NCBI GenBank assembly: GCA_002269645.1
Contig: NIVC01000593.1
Location: forward strand, 1-55,980
DNA length: 55,980 nt
Source: Macrostomum lignano
Taxonomy: Eukaryota
Direction: 5' to 3'
Below, piece by piece: positions 12,212 to 23,544 of this stretch (the stretch's first letter is position 1; each line of letters opens with the position of its first letter). Below the pieces are notes generated by a model. It was not told the DNA's origin. It did not search any database and saw only the letters and a list, made by a program, of their open reading frames with translations. Position numbers and translations under genes: made by a program.

Positions 12212-13258
12212 TGGCTCCTGCTGTCACTCCATACTACTGTCACTCTATCCTACTGTCACTCCATCATACTGTCACTCCATCATACTGTAACTCCATCCTA
12301 CTGTTCTATCGTACTGTCTGTCACTCTCTACTGTCACTCCATCTACCGTCACTCCCTACGATGTCACTTTATTTACTGTCTACATCCCACTGCCACTCCA
12401 TCCCACTGTCACTCTATCCCACTGTCACTCCATCCTACTGTCACTCCATCCCACTGTCACTCCATCCCACTGTCACTCCATCCTACTGTCACTCCATCAT
12501 ACTGTCACTCCATCCTACTGTCACTCCATACTACTGTCACTCTATCCTACTGTCACTCCATCATACTGTAACTCCATCCTACTGTTGTTCTATCGTACTG
12601 TCTGTCACTCTCTACTGTCACTCCATCTACCGTCACTCCCTACGATGTCACTTTATTTACTGTCTACATCCCACTGCCACTCCATCCCACTGTCACTCTA
12701 TCCCACTGTCACTCCATCCTACTGTCACTCCATCCCACTGTCACTCCATCCCACTGTCACTCCATCCTACTGTCACTCCATCATACTGTCACTCCATCCT
12801 ACTGTCACTCCATACTACTGTCACTCTATCCTACTGTCACTCCATCATACTGTAACTCCATCCTACTGTTGTTCTATCGTACTGTCTGTCACTCTCTACT
12901 GTCACTCCATCTACCGTCACTCCCTACACTGTCACTCCATTTACTGTCTCCATCCCACTGTCACTCGACCCTATTGTCACTCGACCCTACTGTCACTCCA
13001 TTCCACTGTCACTCCATCCTACTGTCACTCCATACTACTGTCACTCTATCCTACTGTCACTCCATCATACTGTAACTCCATCCTACTGTTGTTCTATCGT
13101 ACTGTCTGTCACTCTCTACTGTCACTCCATCTACCGTCACTCCCTACACTGTCACTCCATTTACTGTCTCCATCCCACTGTCACTCGACCCTATTGTCAC
13201 TCGACCCTACTGTCACTCCATTCCACTGTCACTCCATCCTCCGTCACTTACCTGTCAC
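12212..13258. repeat. ~16-bp minisatellite (ACTGTCACTCCATCCT)n with a ~284-bp higher-order repeat, CK1 intron 3
   Basis: Tandem units are visible. The marker TTCTATCGTACTGTCTGTCACTCTCTAC recurs near 12.30, 12.59, 12.87 and 13.09 kb. Confidence 0.93.
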
Positions 13259-13281
13259 TACCTGGCCTCGCTCGCCCGCAG

Positions 13282-13436
13282 AGGAGATGGCCATCTACCT
13301 TCGCTACGTTCGTCGGCTAGATTTCTACGAGACGCCGGACTACAATTATTTGCGCGAACTGTTCACCGGCTTGATGACCCGCAATAACTGGACTTGCGAT
13401 TGGGACTTCGACTGGGTGTCCCGGCAGGACAGAACG
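13282..13436 (+). CDS. CSNK1G: Casein kinase I gamma, exon 4
   Basis: Acceptor CCCGCAG. Encodes [25 protein letters not shown]...DWDFDW. Donor GTAGGA at 13437, phase 0. Confidence 0.95.
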
Positions 13437-13619
13437 GTAGGATCGGGGATGTGTACCTAATAATGTTAATAATAATTGGGCACCCTGGCGCAACGCCTTT
13501 AGGGACATCGTCCCATTAAGGTGTGAAAAAAAGAGAATGAGAGAATGAAGTGATGAGGAAGAGAGGCAGAATGGATGTGAGAAAGAGAAGGAGAGAGCGA
13601 TGTGGTGAGGAAAAAAGGG

Positions 13620-14405
13620 AGATAATGGGGCTGAGATAGTGAGGGAGAGAACGGGGCTGAGATAGAGAGGTAGAGAATGGGGCTGAGATAGAGAAAGAGA
13701 GAACGGGGCTGAGATAGAGAGGTAGAGAATGGGGCTGAGAAAAAGAGGGAAAGAATGGGGCTGAGATAGAGAGGGAGAGAATGGGGCTGAGATAGAGAGG
13801 GAGAGAATGGGGCTGAGATAGAGAGGGAGAGAACGGGGCTGAGATAGAGAGGTAGAGAATGGGGCTGAGAAAAAGAGGGAAAGAATGGGGCTGAGATAGA
13901 GAGGGAGAGAATGGGGCTGAGATAGAGAGGGAGAGAATGGGGCTGAGATAGAGAGGGAGAGAACGGGGCTGAGATAGAGAGGGAGAGAATGGGGCTGAGA
14001 TAGAGAGGGAGAGAATGGGGCTGAGATAGAGAGGGAGAGAATGGGGCTGAGAAAGAGAGGGAGAGAATGGGGCTGAGATAGAGAGGGAGAGAATGGGGCT
14101 GAGAAAAAGAGGGAAAGAATGGGGCTGAGATAGAGAGGGAGAGAATGGGGCTGAGATAGAGAGGGAGAGAATGGGGCTGAGAAAGAGAGGGAGAGAATGG
14201 GGCTGAGATAGAGAGGGAGAGAATGGGGCTGAGAAAAAGAGGGAAAGAATGGGGCTGAGATAGAGAGGGAGAGAATGGGGCTGAGATAGAGAGGGAGAGA
14301 ATGGGGCTGAGATAGAGAGGGAGAGAATGGGGCTGAGATAGAGAGGGAGAGAATGGGGCTGAGAAAGAGAGGGAGAGAATGGGGCTGAGATAGAGGGGGA
14401 GAGAA
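13620..14405. repeat. 26-bp purine-rich minisatellite (GAGAGAATGGGGCTGAGATAGAGAGG)n, CK1 intron 4
   Basis: About 30 tandem copies. Confidence 0.95.
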
Positions 14406-14569
14406 CGGAGCCAGATATTGCACGCACACAGACTGAAAAGGAGATTAAATGATCCCATATGTTCTGAAAGCCGTCACTGGTTCCCAAAACGCTAAGTGGA
14501 AGTGGACCTTTAAGCATTACATGCATCACCACAGTAATTGATAGCATATATTTATTGATTTGATCACAG

Positions 14570-14659
14570 GGCACCCCGGTGAGTGTCGGTACTGACACAG
14601 CGGCCGCAGACAGGAGGCATGGCCATCAGCAGCAGCAACAGCAGCTCTCTACTCAGAAG
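14570..14659 (+). CDS. CSNK1G: Casein kinase I gamma, exon 5 (GTPVSVGTDTAAADRRHGHQQQQQQLSTQK)
   Basis: Acceptor TGATCACAG, donor GTGAGC at 14660, 90 nt, phase 0-0. TPV resembles the post-kinase segment of CK1-gamma. Confidence 0.75.
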
Positions 14660-14824
14660 GTGAGCAATAATGACCCAATTAAATTCAGTGTTGTATGCTT
14701 TTGTATCGAAAATTTTAATAGCTATACGCTTTCTTTGCTACTATAAACAGCCATGCAGTAGTGTAAGCAGAAACTTTTTACATCCTACCTGGAATTGCAA
14801 CGCGTGTTTTCCTTCTCACCTCAG

Positions 14825-14860
14825 GCTAATCAGGGATTAAATCCAGCTGCATCTGTGCAG
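14825..14860 (+). CDS. CSNK1G: Casein kinase I gamma, candidate 36-nt exon 6 (ANQGLNPAASVQ)
   Basis: Acceptor CCTTCTCACCTCAG, donor GTATTA at 14861, phase 0-0, open frame. Confidence 0.5.
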
Positions 14861-15299
14861 GTATTAACAACTGCAGCCTCTTAGATTAACTATTTTAGCA
14901 GTAGTCTATATCGCTCGCGAGTTCTTTCATTCACTGGCGCTAGCTGCTTTGATTGGCGCATAGTGTATACTTTTGTTTGTGAGCTGTGCTGTACCTCCGT
15001 GCACCTTTCGTATATTTAAATCTATATTTTAATTCTGTATACTGCACTTTAAAATCGCCTAAATGTTAACAATGCCTCATTGGCTATTCTCGTCAATCAA
15101 AAAGTTAATTGTACTAGTTATAAACTTTGGGATGTTGTAAATTATTTAAGATATTGATAACTTGCAGTTAAACCCTATCTCCTAAACTTCTGTCTTGCCT
15201 TTAAATATCGTGCATAGCAGTTTTTTGTAACCTTGTGTCCTCGTTATTCTTTAAGTTCTCGTCCTTTGTATCATTGTATCTTTCTGACAGACGGTTGTT

Positions 15300-16592
15300 A
15301 GGGTAGCGGGTGTCTGAAAACAATGAGGAGGATAGCGGGTGTCTAAAAACAGTGAGGAGGGTAGCTGGTGTCTGAAAACAGTGAGGAGGGTAGCTGGTGT
15401 CTAAAAACAGTGAGGAGGGTAGCTGGTGTCTGAAAACAGTGAGGAGGGTAGCGGGTGTCTGAAAACAGTGAGGAGGGTAGCGGGTGTCTGAAAACAATGA
15501 GGAGGGTAGCGGGTGTCTGAAAACAGTGAGGAGGGTAGCTGGTGTCTGAAAACAATGAGGAGGATAGCGGGTGTCTGAAAACAGTGAGGAGGGTAGCGGG
15601 TGTTTAAAAACAGTGAGGAGGGTAGCTGGTGTCTGAAAACAGTGAGGAGGGTAGCTGGTGTCTAAAAACAGTGAGGAGGATAGCGGGTGTCTAAAAACAG
15701 TGAGGAGGGTAGCGGGTGTCTAAAAACAGTGAGGAGGGTAGCTGGTGTCTGAAAACAGTGAGGAGGGTAGCTGGTGTCTGAAAACAGTGAGGAGGGTAGC
15801 GGGTGTCTAAAAACAGTGAGGAGGGTAGCTGGTGTCTGAAAACAGTGAGGAGGGTAGCTGGTGTCTGAAAACAGTGAGGAGGGTAGCTGGTGTCTGAAAA
15901 CAGTGAGGAGGGTAGCGGGTGTCTAAAAACAGTGAGGAGGATAGCGGGTGTCTAAAAACAGTGAGGAGGGTAGCGGGTGTCTGAAAACAGTGAGGAGGGT
16001 AGCGGGTGTCTGAAAACAATGAGGAGGGTAGCGGGTGTCTGAAAACAGTGAGGAGGGTAGCTGGTGTCTGAAAACAGTGAGGAGGGTAGCAGGTGTCTAA
16101 AAACAGTGAGGAGGGTAGCGGGTGTCTGAAAACAGTGAGGAGGGTAGCGGGTGTCTGAAAACAGTGAGGAGGGTAGCAGGTGTCTGAAAACAGTGAGGAG
16201 GGTAGCGGGTGTCTAAAAACAGTGAGGAGGATAGCGGGTGTCTGAAAACAGTGAGGAGGGTAGCGGGTGTCTGAAAACAGTGAGGAGGGTAGCAGGTGTC
16301 TGAAAACAGTGAGGAGGGTAGCGGGTGTCTAAAAACAGTGAGGAGGATAGCGGGTGTCTGAAAACAGTGAGGAGGGTAGCTGGTGTCTAAAAACAGTGAG
16401 GAGGGTAGCGGGTGTCTAAAAACAGTGAGGAGGGTAGCTGGTGTCTGAAAACAGTGAGGAGGATAGCGGGTGTCTAAAAACAGTGAGGGTTGCGGCTCTC
16501 TAAAAACAGTGAAGAGGGTAGCGGCTCTCTAAAAACAGTGAAGAGGGTTGCGGCTCTCTAAAAACAGTGAGGGTAGCGGCTCTCTAAAAACA
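15300..16592. repeat. 29-bp minisatellite (GGGTGTCTGAAAACAGTGAGGAGGGTAGC)n
   Basis: About 44 copies, diverging at the right end. Confidence 0.95.
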
Positions 16593-16741
16593 GACAGGTT
16601 AGGGCGATGTCACTGAGTAAAAAAAAATTTGCCAGCATAAATTAATAACTAACTAGCTATATACAGTACCGGCTTTAATGGTATTTCACTGCCTTTCAAC
16701 TTTTGCTGTTTTTTATTTTATTTTATGTTATTCTGAAACAG

Positions 16742-16846
16742 CGACAGCAGAACCAGCATCGGACGGGCGACAGCTCCTTCAACTATCAACGAATGCAGGG
16801 CAACAGCCAATCGGAGGCCAGAAATTTCGAGTGTAGCACAGACAGG
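16742..16846 (+). CDS. CSNK1G: Casein kinase I gamma, candidate exon 7 (RQQNQHRTGDSSFNYQRMQGNSQSEARNFECSTDR)
   Basis: T-rich acceptor ending GAAACAG at 16741, donor GTAACC at 16847, 105 nt, phase 0-0, GC-richer than its flanks. Confidence 0.55.
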
Positions 16847-16944
16847 GTAACCAAGCTAATTAATTTAGGCAAACACAGCGAAAAATACATTTGGCTCTCT
16901 ATCTCAGCCCTGCTCCTGCCCTCTCTGCTCTCCCTCCCCTGTGA

Positions 16945-17290
16945 CCAACCTCCGCTCTGCCCCCCTGCACCCACCCCATCTCCGCTCTGCCCCCCTGCAC
17001 CCACCCCATTTCCGCTCTACCCTCTGCAACCACCCCATCTCCGCTCTACCCCCTGCACCCACCCCATCTCCGCTCTGCCCCCTGCACCCACCCCATCTCC
17101 GCTCTGCTTCCCTGCACCCACCCCATCTCCGCTCTGCCCCTCTGCACCCACCCCATCACCGCTCTGCCCCTCTGCACCCACCCCATCTCCGCTCTGCCCC
17201 TTTGCACCCACCCCATCACCGCTCTGACCCCCTGGCACCCACCCCATCTCCGCTCCGCCCTCTGCACCCACCCCATCCCCGCTCTGCCTC
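16945..17290. repeat. ~29-bp C-rich minisatellite (CTGCACCCACCCCATCTCCGCTCTGCCCC)n
   Basis: About 11 copies. The same unit recurs at ~19045-19560. Confidence 0.95.
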
Positions 17291-17790
17291 TGCGCGCCTA
17301 ACACCCTGTTGAATTGCCACAGTTACTATTCTGTGTCGGTTTGGTATAGCGACAGAATTTTTCGCTGGTTCAAAGTTTTTGTCTTTTCAAAAAGTTTGTG
17401 CTTTTTCTGTTTTTTTGTTTCTAATCAAAGCCCGGTTGAAAACTTCCTAACTTGATTAGGGTAAATCATTATAGTATTACTAGCAGTAGTCGTTTGCGCG
17501 AATTTTGAGCTAATAAATAAAGGAAATCAAGGAACTTGCTTATTTAATTTAAACATCATCACTACGATTGCAGCTATTCAATGATTGGTAATCTAAACAT
17601 CTCAGTAAAATTTAATTTTGTAAAACTGTCACTTCCCTTATTTGGTTGTTTTCTTAAATTGAAAATAACCGTGGCAGCTAATATTTCATCTAATATTGGC
17701 CTGGTGAAGGCGAGATTGATTAATTTACAAATTAAACACAAATAGCCTTGTTTACCTGTGCGTCTCATCCCCACCTGTACCGTCCCGCAG

Positions 17791-17967
17791 GTGATCGCCT
17801 CCGTTGCTTTCGACCAAGCTGGCGGCGACGCCACCGGCCAGTCCTGCGAGCCCATCGCCCCCGACGCCGACGTTGACGTCGCCTCCGACACCAAGTGCTG
17901 CTTCTTTCGGCGTCGCGCCAAGAAGAATCGTCGCGCCCAGCAGCATCTGCACGCGCCGCGTGCGTGA
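17791..17967 (+). CDS. CSNK1G: Casein kinase I gamma, last exon with the palmitoylation motif
   Basis: Acceptor GTCCCGCAG. Encodes ...DVDVASDTKCCFFRRRAKK..., the CK1-gamma C-terminal TKCC(C)FF motif. Stop TGA at 17965-17967. Confidence 0.93.
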   Translation: MIASVAFDQAGGDATGQSCEPIAPDADVDVASDTKCCFFRRRAKKNRRAQQHLHAPRA

Positions 17968-18054
17968 TAATCCAATGCCTCTGATTTGGACTAAATCTAG
18001 CTGCCACATCCTACTCTGTCGACAGATGCTCAGCTCTTCTATGCTGCAAATACA

Positions 18055-18330
18055 CCCCACATCTGCCCTCTGCCCCCACCTCCGCTCTGCCCCTTCGCGC
18101 CCACCCCACCTCCTCCAGTCTGCCCCTTCGCGCCCACCCCACCTCCTCCAGTCTGCCCCTTCTCGCCCACCCACCTCCTCCAGTCTGCCCCTTCGCGCCC
18201 ACCCCACCTCCTCCAGTCTGCCCCTTCTCGCCCACCCACCTCCTCCAGTCTGCCCCTTCGCGCCCACCCCACCTCCTCCAGTCTGCCCCTTCGCGCCCAC
18301 CCCACCTCCTTCAGTCGGCCCCTTCGCCCC
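18055..18330. repeat. ~33-bp C-rich minisatellite (CGCCCACCCCACCTCCTCCAGTCTGCCCCTTCG)n downstream of the CK1 stop
   Basis: About 7 copies. Confidence 0.9.
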
Positions 18331-19044
18331 ATCTACTATCCATTCAGTAACCCACAAACCTCTCTTTCTATTATTTTAAAAACACGGATACTATTTGTTA
18401 GTACCGTTTGTACTTTCCTTATTACATGCTAATTGAGCTAGGCAATGAACTGGCTATCAATGTTTGCGTTAATGCTAGCCGCTTTGGCTGCACAACCGGT
18501 TCCTACGTGCGTGCTAGTTTTGTTTTAACACAGAATGGAACCTGACTTGTAATTGATAAGATTGCCGCCCACCCCCCCCCCCCCCTGTGCTGCACCAGCT
18601 TTTGCAATAATGCCTATTCATATTATTGGAATTGAATTGCAATAACGGTTTCTCTTTGTCTGCTTATTGCCACCTTCGATATATGCGAGTGCCGCACTAC
18701 TGTGTTATTGTGTAATAGATTAACAGGATATCAGCGATTCGCCCGCACATGACCTACTTTGTTCCGTGTTGCTTGTTTCCGTAGCCTTGTACAGTTACAT
18801 GCCCGTGTAACTTTGTCTCTGTTTGACTGTGCACTTCTTTTGCTTTTGTGTTTTTTAAATATATACTTGTACTCTAAGCTCATATTTACACGAGTTAACA
18901 ACACACTCAATGCTAAAATGCTGCATAGTGTAATTCAGGGGTCGGCAGTCTCCGGACTGCTCAAGGTTTGTGTCTGTTTCAGCTTTCTTCTCTGTCCTCT
19001 CTCCTCTCTTTTTTATCTCTTCTCAACGCATTTCCTACTCTCTG

Positions 19045-19560
19045 TCCATCTGCACCCACCCCATCTCCGCTCTGCACCCAGCCCAACTCCGCTTTGCCCC
19101 TCTGCACCCACCCACCCCATCTCCGCTCTGCCCCTTTGCACCCACCCCATCTCCGCTCTGCCCCTCTGCACCCATCCCATCTCTGCTCTGCCCCTCTGCA
19201 CCCACCCCATCTCTTCGCTCTGCCCCCTTGCACCCACCCCATCTCCGCTCTGCCCCTTTGCACCCACCCCATCTCCGCTCCGCCCCTCTGCACCCATCCC
19301 ATCTCTGCTCTGCCCATCTGCACCCACCCCATCTCTTCGCTCTGCCCCCTTGCACCCACCCCATCTCCGCTCTGCCCCTCTGCACCCACCCCATCTCTTC
19401 GCTCTGCCCCCTTGCACCCACCCCATCTCCGCTCTGCCCCTCTGCACCCACCCCATCTCTTCGCTCTGCCCCCTTGCACCCACCCCATCTCCGCTCTGCC
19501 CCTTTGCACCCACCCCATCTCCGCTCCGCCCCTCTGCACCCACCCCATCCCCGATCTGCC
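19045..19560. repeat. C-rich minisatellite, same family as 16945-17290
   Basis: Unit TGCACCCACCCCATCTC(C/TT)CGCTCTGCCCC, about 17 copies. Confidence 0.95.
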
Positions 19561-20039
19561 CCTCTCCTCCATTCCCCCTCCTTTCCCGTCTCGTCTAGCC
19601 CTCCGCCATGCGCTGGATTCTTTATCTAACCCTAAGATAAAAAAGTTTGCCAACTCCTGGTTTAAAATCGGTACAGCAACCTGAGCTTGCTTTAATGAAT
19701 TTCCACTATGCTTGTACAATGCTTTAGAAATTAATAAGGCGCTTATGACTTTCCCAAGCTATGCTGTTGTTATTCTGATAATTGCTACACCCAGGGCCTT
19801 GTTGGCATCCAAATTAATTTCTTTGGAATCTCACTGCTTGTTCGCTATTGAGTGCCTGGCACCTTATCGTTCGTTTCGTTTCATCGCCCCAGTTTAGTAT
19901 TTGATCCAAATGAAATGATTCAACTTTTTGTAAGAATTCATTTAATTAACATGATTTTATTTAAATCATCTGTGCACAGTCTAATCTCACATCTTAGTGC
20001 TCAGATCAATATTCTCCTTAACACCACCTCATTTCCTAC

Positions 20040-20380
20040 TCAACAACCACCCCATTTCCTACCCATCAAACCTCCACCCCATCTTTCACCCCTCAAACAC
20101 CCACCCATTTCCTACCCCTCAAAAACCACCCCATCTTTCACCCCTCAAACCCCCACCCCATTTTCTACCCCTCAAACCCCACCCATTTCCTACCCCTCAA
20201 AAACCACCCCATCTTTCGCCCCTCAAACCCCACCCATTTCCTACCCCTCAAAAACCACCCCATCTTTCGCCCCTCAAACCCCCACCCCATTTTCTACCCC
20301 TCAAACCCCACCCATTTCCTACCCCTCAACACCCCACCCCATCTCCCACCCCCCAAACAACCACCCCATCTCCTACCCTT
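20040..20380. repeat. C/A-rich minisatellite (CCCACCCATTTCCTACCCCTCAAA alternating with ACCACCCCATCTTTCGCCCCTCAAA)
   Basis: Alternating ~24-25-bp units. Confidence 0.9.
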
Positions 20381-21029
20381 AAAGAACTTTACCTATTTTT
20401 TAGTCATTCTGCCTGCCTGGTCACTATGGTGTGAAGCAAAACATTAATAGTTGCGATTTTGCTTTAATAGCTAGCTAGTTGAATAATTTAAATTTCCCGC
20501 GGTTTTCTGCGCACCTAAAAACGTCACTTTCCTTGCTCCTTACTTTCGCGCCCCTGTTTGTTTGCGCTAATTACACAATATAACTGTAGGGGCACGCCAG
20601 GACGCGAGATTGCATGCATTGAATTTGCAAGCCCTGTGTTTTTTATTTTTTATCCTATTGTTTCATTCCCTTATATTTTTCCTCAACTGAATATGACGCA
20701 TTATAAATGACTAAGTTAGATGAGAGTATACATTTATATAATGATCGTTTTGCGTTGTGCCTGCTGTTACAATTCGCTTGTACTCTTAAGTAAGTAAGAA
20801 AAACAGATTTACCGTTCTATGACACTCTTTCAAATATAAAGCTGTCAGCGTTAGTGTTATCTTTGCTAAATAAATGCTATGATTGTGTCTAGCAGACACC
20901 TGTAGGCCCCTCTGTAACTTACCCTGTTTATATAATTATTAACATCATTTGCAACTTTTAGTGCAGACTTTTTGTTTTTTTATTTTATTCGTTCGCTAAA
21001 CTGTACTAAAAGTTAAAAATAATAACTGA

Positions 21030-21296
21030 TTACACCTGCCCTAATGGCCAGATGTGCAACCGACAGCTCAGCCGCAGCTATTGCGCGGCGCATCTGAAGG
21101 CTGCGTACGGCTGTTCAGTCCAAGGACTGGGGGGTCGCCACACACAGCCTCAATTGCCCCAGCTAATGCTGGCACCCATTTTACAGCTGGGTGAACTGAA
21201 GCAATGCAGAGTCAAGTGTCTTGCTCAAGGACACATTGTTCAGATGGGATAGAGAATCGAACCCCCGACCTACGACGGTGACTACGATACTAGCCT
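21030..21296 (-). mobile_element. tRNA-derived SINE with a V/Meta-type central domain
   Basis: On the minus strand: B-box GGGTTCGATTCTC (21252-21264), then TGTGTCCTTGAGCAAGACACTT (21214-21235), then CCCAGCTGTAAAATGGGTGCC. These motifs are characteristic of V-SINE/MetaSINE-type central domains as I recall them. Confidence 0.7.
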
Positions 21297-22094
21297 TAGA
21301 ATTCATTTGTCTATGTTCAAAAGAATCAAAACACTTTCACACACAAGCTATGCTTTCGTACCACTGACACGCCAACATTCGTGGAACTGATTGAAATTAT
21401 GCACACTCTAAAGAAAGCACAAAATTCGTGTACTACTAATTTATGAGTAGAGTAATGATACGTGTGCTTGATCCGAACTGGCGAGTCATGCAGACAGATT
21501 AACCAATTGTCGCGCTCTCATATGTTAAGTCGCATGCAACAGTCAGTCATTTGCGTGACTCAATTATTGCCTGGAGCGATTGGTCTCTCCGAGATCTCGT
21601 TGTGCCCGCGAGCAAGTCTTGACTCTTGATGTTTACCATTGCCGCGTTTTTGTCAGCATTCGCTGGACCGCGGCGGGCAGGGCAGGAAGGCGCTACAGAG
21701 CTGAGTTACATGTTTAGGCTGGCTCATTCGACCGGGAACTCTGATTACGTAATCGGTCAGAAACCCGAATACTATGGGGGTACGCTAGCCACAGAATTTC
21801 TATAATTAGCAAATGTTGAGCAATTGCAATTTTCTGCAGTCACTAAATATATGCATGCCGTGCCAGAGAGTGTAACTCAGAGTTTTCAGACAAGCTTATA
21901 CAGATGAGACGACACGTCAGTACGGAAATGCGTTGAATTGAATTGCTTTTGAAAACTTGGCTGACTGTTTAGCTGGGGCTGTATCGAATGTTTGGGGAGC
22001 AAAAATCATGTCCCACTCTGTCTGTCAGCCTTACCGCTTTCAATAGATCTTTCACTTTCGCCTGCCCCTCCCTCAGTTTCCACTCTTGTAGCAC

Positions 22095-22625
22095 CCAAGT
22101 GTTTCTCTTCCGCCCCCTCCTCCTCCCCCAGTGTTTCTCTTCCGCTCCCTCCTCCTCCCCCAGTGTTTCTCTTCCGCCCCTCCTCCTCCACCCAGTGTTT
22201 CTCTTCCGCTCCCTCCTCCTCCACCCAGTGTTTCTCTTCCGCCCCCTCCTCCTCCACCCAGTGTTGCTCTTCCGCCCCCTCCTCCTCCACCCAGTGTTTC
22301 TCTTCCGCCCCCTCCTCCTCCACCCAGTGTTTCTCTTCCACTCCCTCCTCCTCCACCCAGTGTTTCTCTTCCGCCCCCTCCTCCTCCACCAAGTGTTTCT
22401 CTTCCGCCCCCTCCTCCCCCACCCAGTGTTTCTCTTCCGCCCCCAGTGTTTATCTTCCGCTCCCTCCTCCCCCAGTGTTTCTCTTCCGCTCCCTCCTCCC
22501 CCAGTGTTTCTCTTCCGCTCCCTCCTCCACCCAGTGTTTCTCTTCCGCTCCCTCTTCCTCCACCCAGTGTTTCTCTTCCGCTCCCTCTTCCTCCACCCAG
22601 TGTTTCTCTTCCGCTCCCTCCTCCC
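22095..22625. repeat. ~30-bp pyrimidine-rich minisatellite (CCCAGTGTTTCTCTTCCGCCCCCTCCTCCTCCA)n
   Basis: About 17 copies. Confidence 0.95.
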
Positions 22626-23232
22626 TCCTTTCTCTTTCTCAGTGGTTTGAAATCGCCCTGTTTTTGCACCCCGTAAAGTGATTTCCCTTTGTAGTCATTT
22701 ATTCGTCAATATACACGAGTGTATTATGTATACTTCATATGAAGCGTCGAAATCAATTCGAGAAAGAACGACTTGCGAGCGCAAAAATACGAGAATAGAG
22801 ATTGACTTGAGAGAAAGGAAAGTTAATCAGCTTATTCTTTGTGGGGAAATCTCTGGACTGCTCTCTGCTTTTTGTAAACATTGCAAGGATTTGTTAATCA
22901 TAAATTTGTCTGCTCTTCGCACTGCGGCTTAGGATCGACAGACGGTCCAGCACGAAAGCACAATTTTGAGGCAAAAATGATAAAAAAGAAGTGTATACGC
23001 TCGTAAGAGCCGGCAGTTCATGTAGTATGGTTGGTGTTTAGCTATAGGTAAACTACTATAAGTACTAGATGCGTCATTATTTTATGTACGTGTCGTGTTA
23101 TAAAATCTATGGAAGATCAATAAGCACACATGCATATGATATTACAGCCTTTAGCACCAAGCCAACTTGACTTGATATATTGCTTCGAACTGATGAAATA
23201 ACCTGCATTAAAATTCGAGCTACGGCTAACCT

Positions 23233-23537
23233 TTATTCGTATAGGTTTAATGCACAGCGATCTGGAAAACCTACGTGACCCCAGAAACAATTTCTGCTCC
23301 TAGAGGCCCATCCTATACAGCTGGTCGGGATCGAGTCGCTGTCGTGTCTCCCCTGCCGATGAATTATTGAACTCTTGGGTAGTGACTCGGCCGTGATTGA
23401 ATTCCGATGTTCTGCGGCTGTCCGCGACTCGTCAGCAGTGTGCTCTGCAAGGATATTCTTGATGCCGGCATTGAGCTGGTCTGCGGCCTCCGGGTCAAGC
23501 AACTGGACCTGCTGAGTGCACTGCTGCTGTCTTGGGG
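23233..23537 (-). CDS. Candidate orphan terminal exon ([32 protein letters not shown]...NLYE*)
   Basis: GC-rich island with a 101-codon open frame and a GCCCGCAG acceptor like those of neighbouring genes. No upstream partner exon identified and no recognisable domain. Confidence 0.35.
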
Positions 23538-23544
23538 CTGCGGG

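Noticed and set aside
16895-16910. Single inverted copy (CTCTCTATCTCAGCCC) of the intron-4 array unit, which could pair across CK1 exons 5-7
   Set aside because: Only 16 nt of low-complexity sequence, so a chance match cannot be excluded.
21240-21296. Possible tRNA genes at the B-box motifs (here and at 11413-11475)
   Set aside because: I could not fold a cloverleaf with acceptor and anticodon stems, and the downstream sequence is SINE-like.
21743-21754. Palindromic PAR-bZIP-type site GATTACGTAATC (a second, GTTACGTAAT, at 41800-41809)
   Set aside because: One or two such 10-mers in 56 kb is close to chance, and there is no supporting context.
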